Positions 63,335 through 64,000 of a stretch of 64,000 nucleotides of DNA are shown here, piece by piece. The notes beneath the pieces are model-generated. The model was given only the letters and a program-made list of their open reading frames with translations, searched no databases and had not been told where the DNA came from. Numbering within the stretch: the first letter of the stretch is position 1; the number at the start of each line of letters is the position of its first letter. Made by a program: the position numbers and the translations under genes. This DNA is from Selaginella moellendorffii (Eukaryota > Plantae > Lycopodiophyta), in contig NW_003314290.1 of assembly GCF_000143415.4 (NCBI RefSeq), forward strand, positions 1,540,454 to 1,604,453. Direction: 5' to 3'.

Positions 63335-64000
63335 AGCTGACCACATTCCAAGTTCCGCGGGGGTTTAGGGTTCTAGCGAGGAAGACAATGGTCCAGTTCA
63401 CGAATGTGCTGCAGATCGTCAAGAAGATCACTGGCGGGCTGGTGTGGAAGAAATGGAAGATGAATGATACGAGGAAAGCCAACAGGAGGAGGCGATTAAT
63501 CCGCATTCACCAGGTATCGCGAGACAGAAATCTTCGTCTCTTCTTCACTAGATGAAATTGGGGCTTTCTTCTCTCCTAGGTCGAAGCGATTATCAAGGCT
63601 TGCAAAGGCCCTCCTCCTCCAAAATACCTGGGAATTCCAGCGCCATCGCCAGCATCCTCGCAAGCAGCAGCGCCACCATCGTGATCAAAATGTAAGAACA
63701 TTCCTGCGTAGCAAAGAGCCTCTCCGGAATTTAGGGTTTGTGATCTTCCATGGCCATGGCGTTGCGTCGTCGTTGGGCCGGCCTGGCGATCAGTCAATCG
63801 AGGCTCTGGTCGTCTGGCGCAGCGCGGATCGAGCAGCCGGCGCCCAAGAACCAAGAGAATGCGCGCGATTCCAAGGAAGATCCAAAGGAAGAACTGAGTA
63901 GCACTAGGGCTGAGAGTAATAAGAACGAGAATGAGAATGGCAAAGGAGTAGAGCATGAGGAGGTGGGAGGACCCCAAGGCCTCGAGCCAACGCGCTATGG

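Noticed and set aside
63340-64000. Hydrophobic minus-strand ORFs at the window end
   Set aside because: Fragmentary with no recognisable family. Needs flanking sequence.

Overview
Gene-dense plant nuclear DNA with short introns (mostly 50-120 nt), tiny intergenic gaps, a PLS-class PPR and a CVNH lectin. This is most consistent with a lycophyte such as Selaginella (inference from gene content and style). Contents in order: C2H2/EAR zinc-finger gene, phytyl-ester-synthase-like acyltransferase, tRNA-Val(CAC), then an AT-rich decayed LTR-retrotransposon island (~8.8-19.3 kb) carrying an hnRNP-like fragment and an orphan repeat ORF. Next come a MATE transporter, a disrupted PPR, TRIPP head-to-head with RPS16, a RING gene with a CHIC/Erf4-like domain, a degenerate PP2C, and a decayed Ty3/gypsy element containing a young solo LTR with a 5-bp TSD. 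The rest holds TOM1-like, WD40, CNX6, OAT, kinesin-14, EF-hand protein, GDSL lipase, BPP-like CaaX protein, cyanovirin-N homolog, TYW1, PLD, F-box, and a Crinkler-type HNH nuclease gene spanning an N gap. Most notable: the RING+CHIC/Erf4 fusion, the CRN-like HNH with a transit-peptide-like N-terminus, an exact 161-bp inversion distinguishing two LTR copies, and the CVNH gene. Exon boundaries were read by eye, family calls come from recalled motifs, and no database searches were run.
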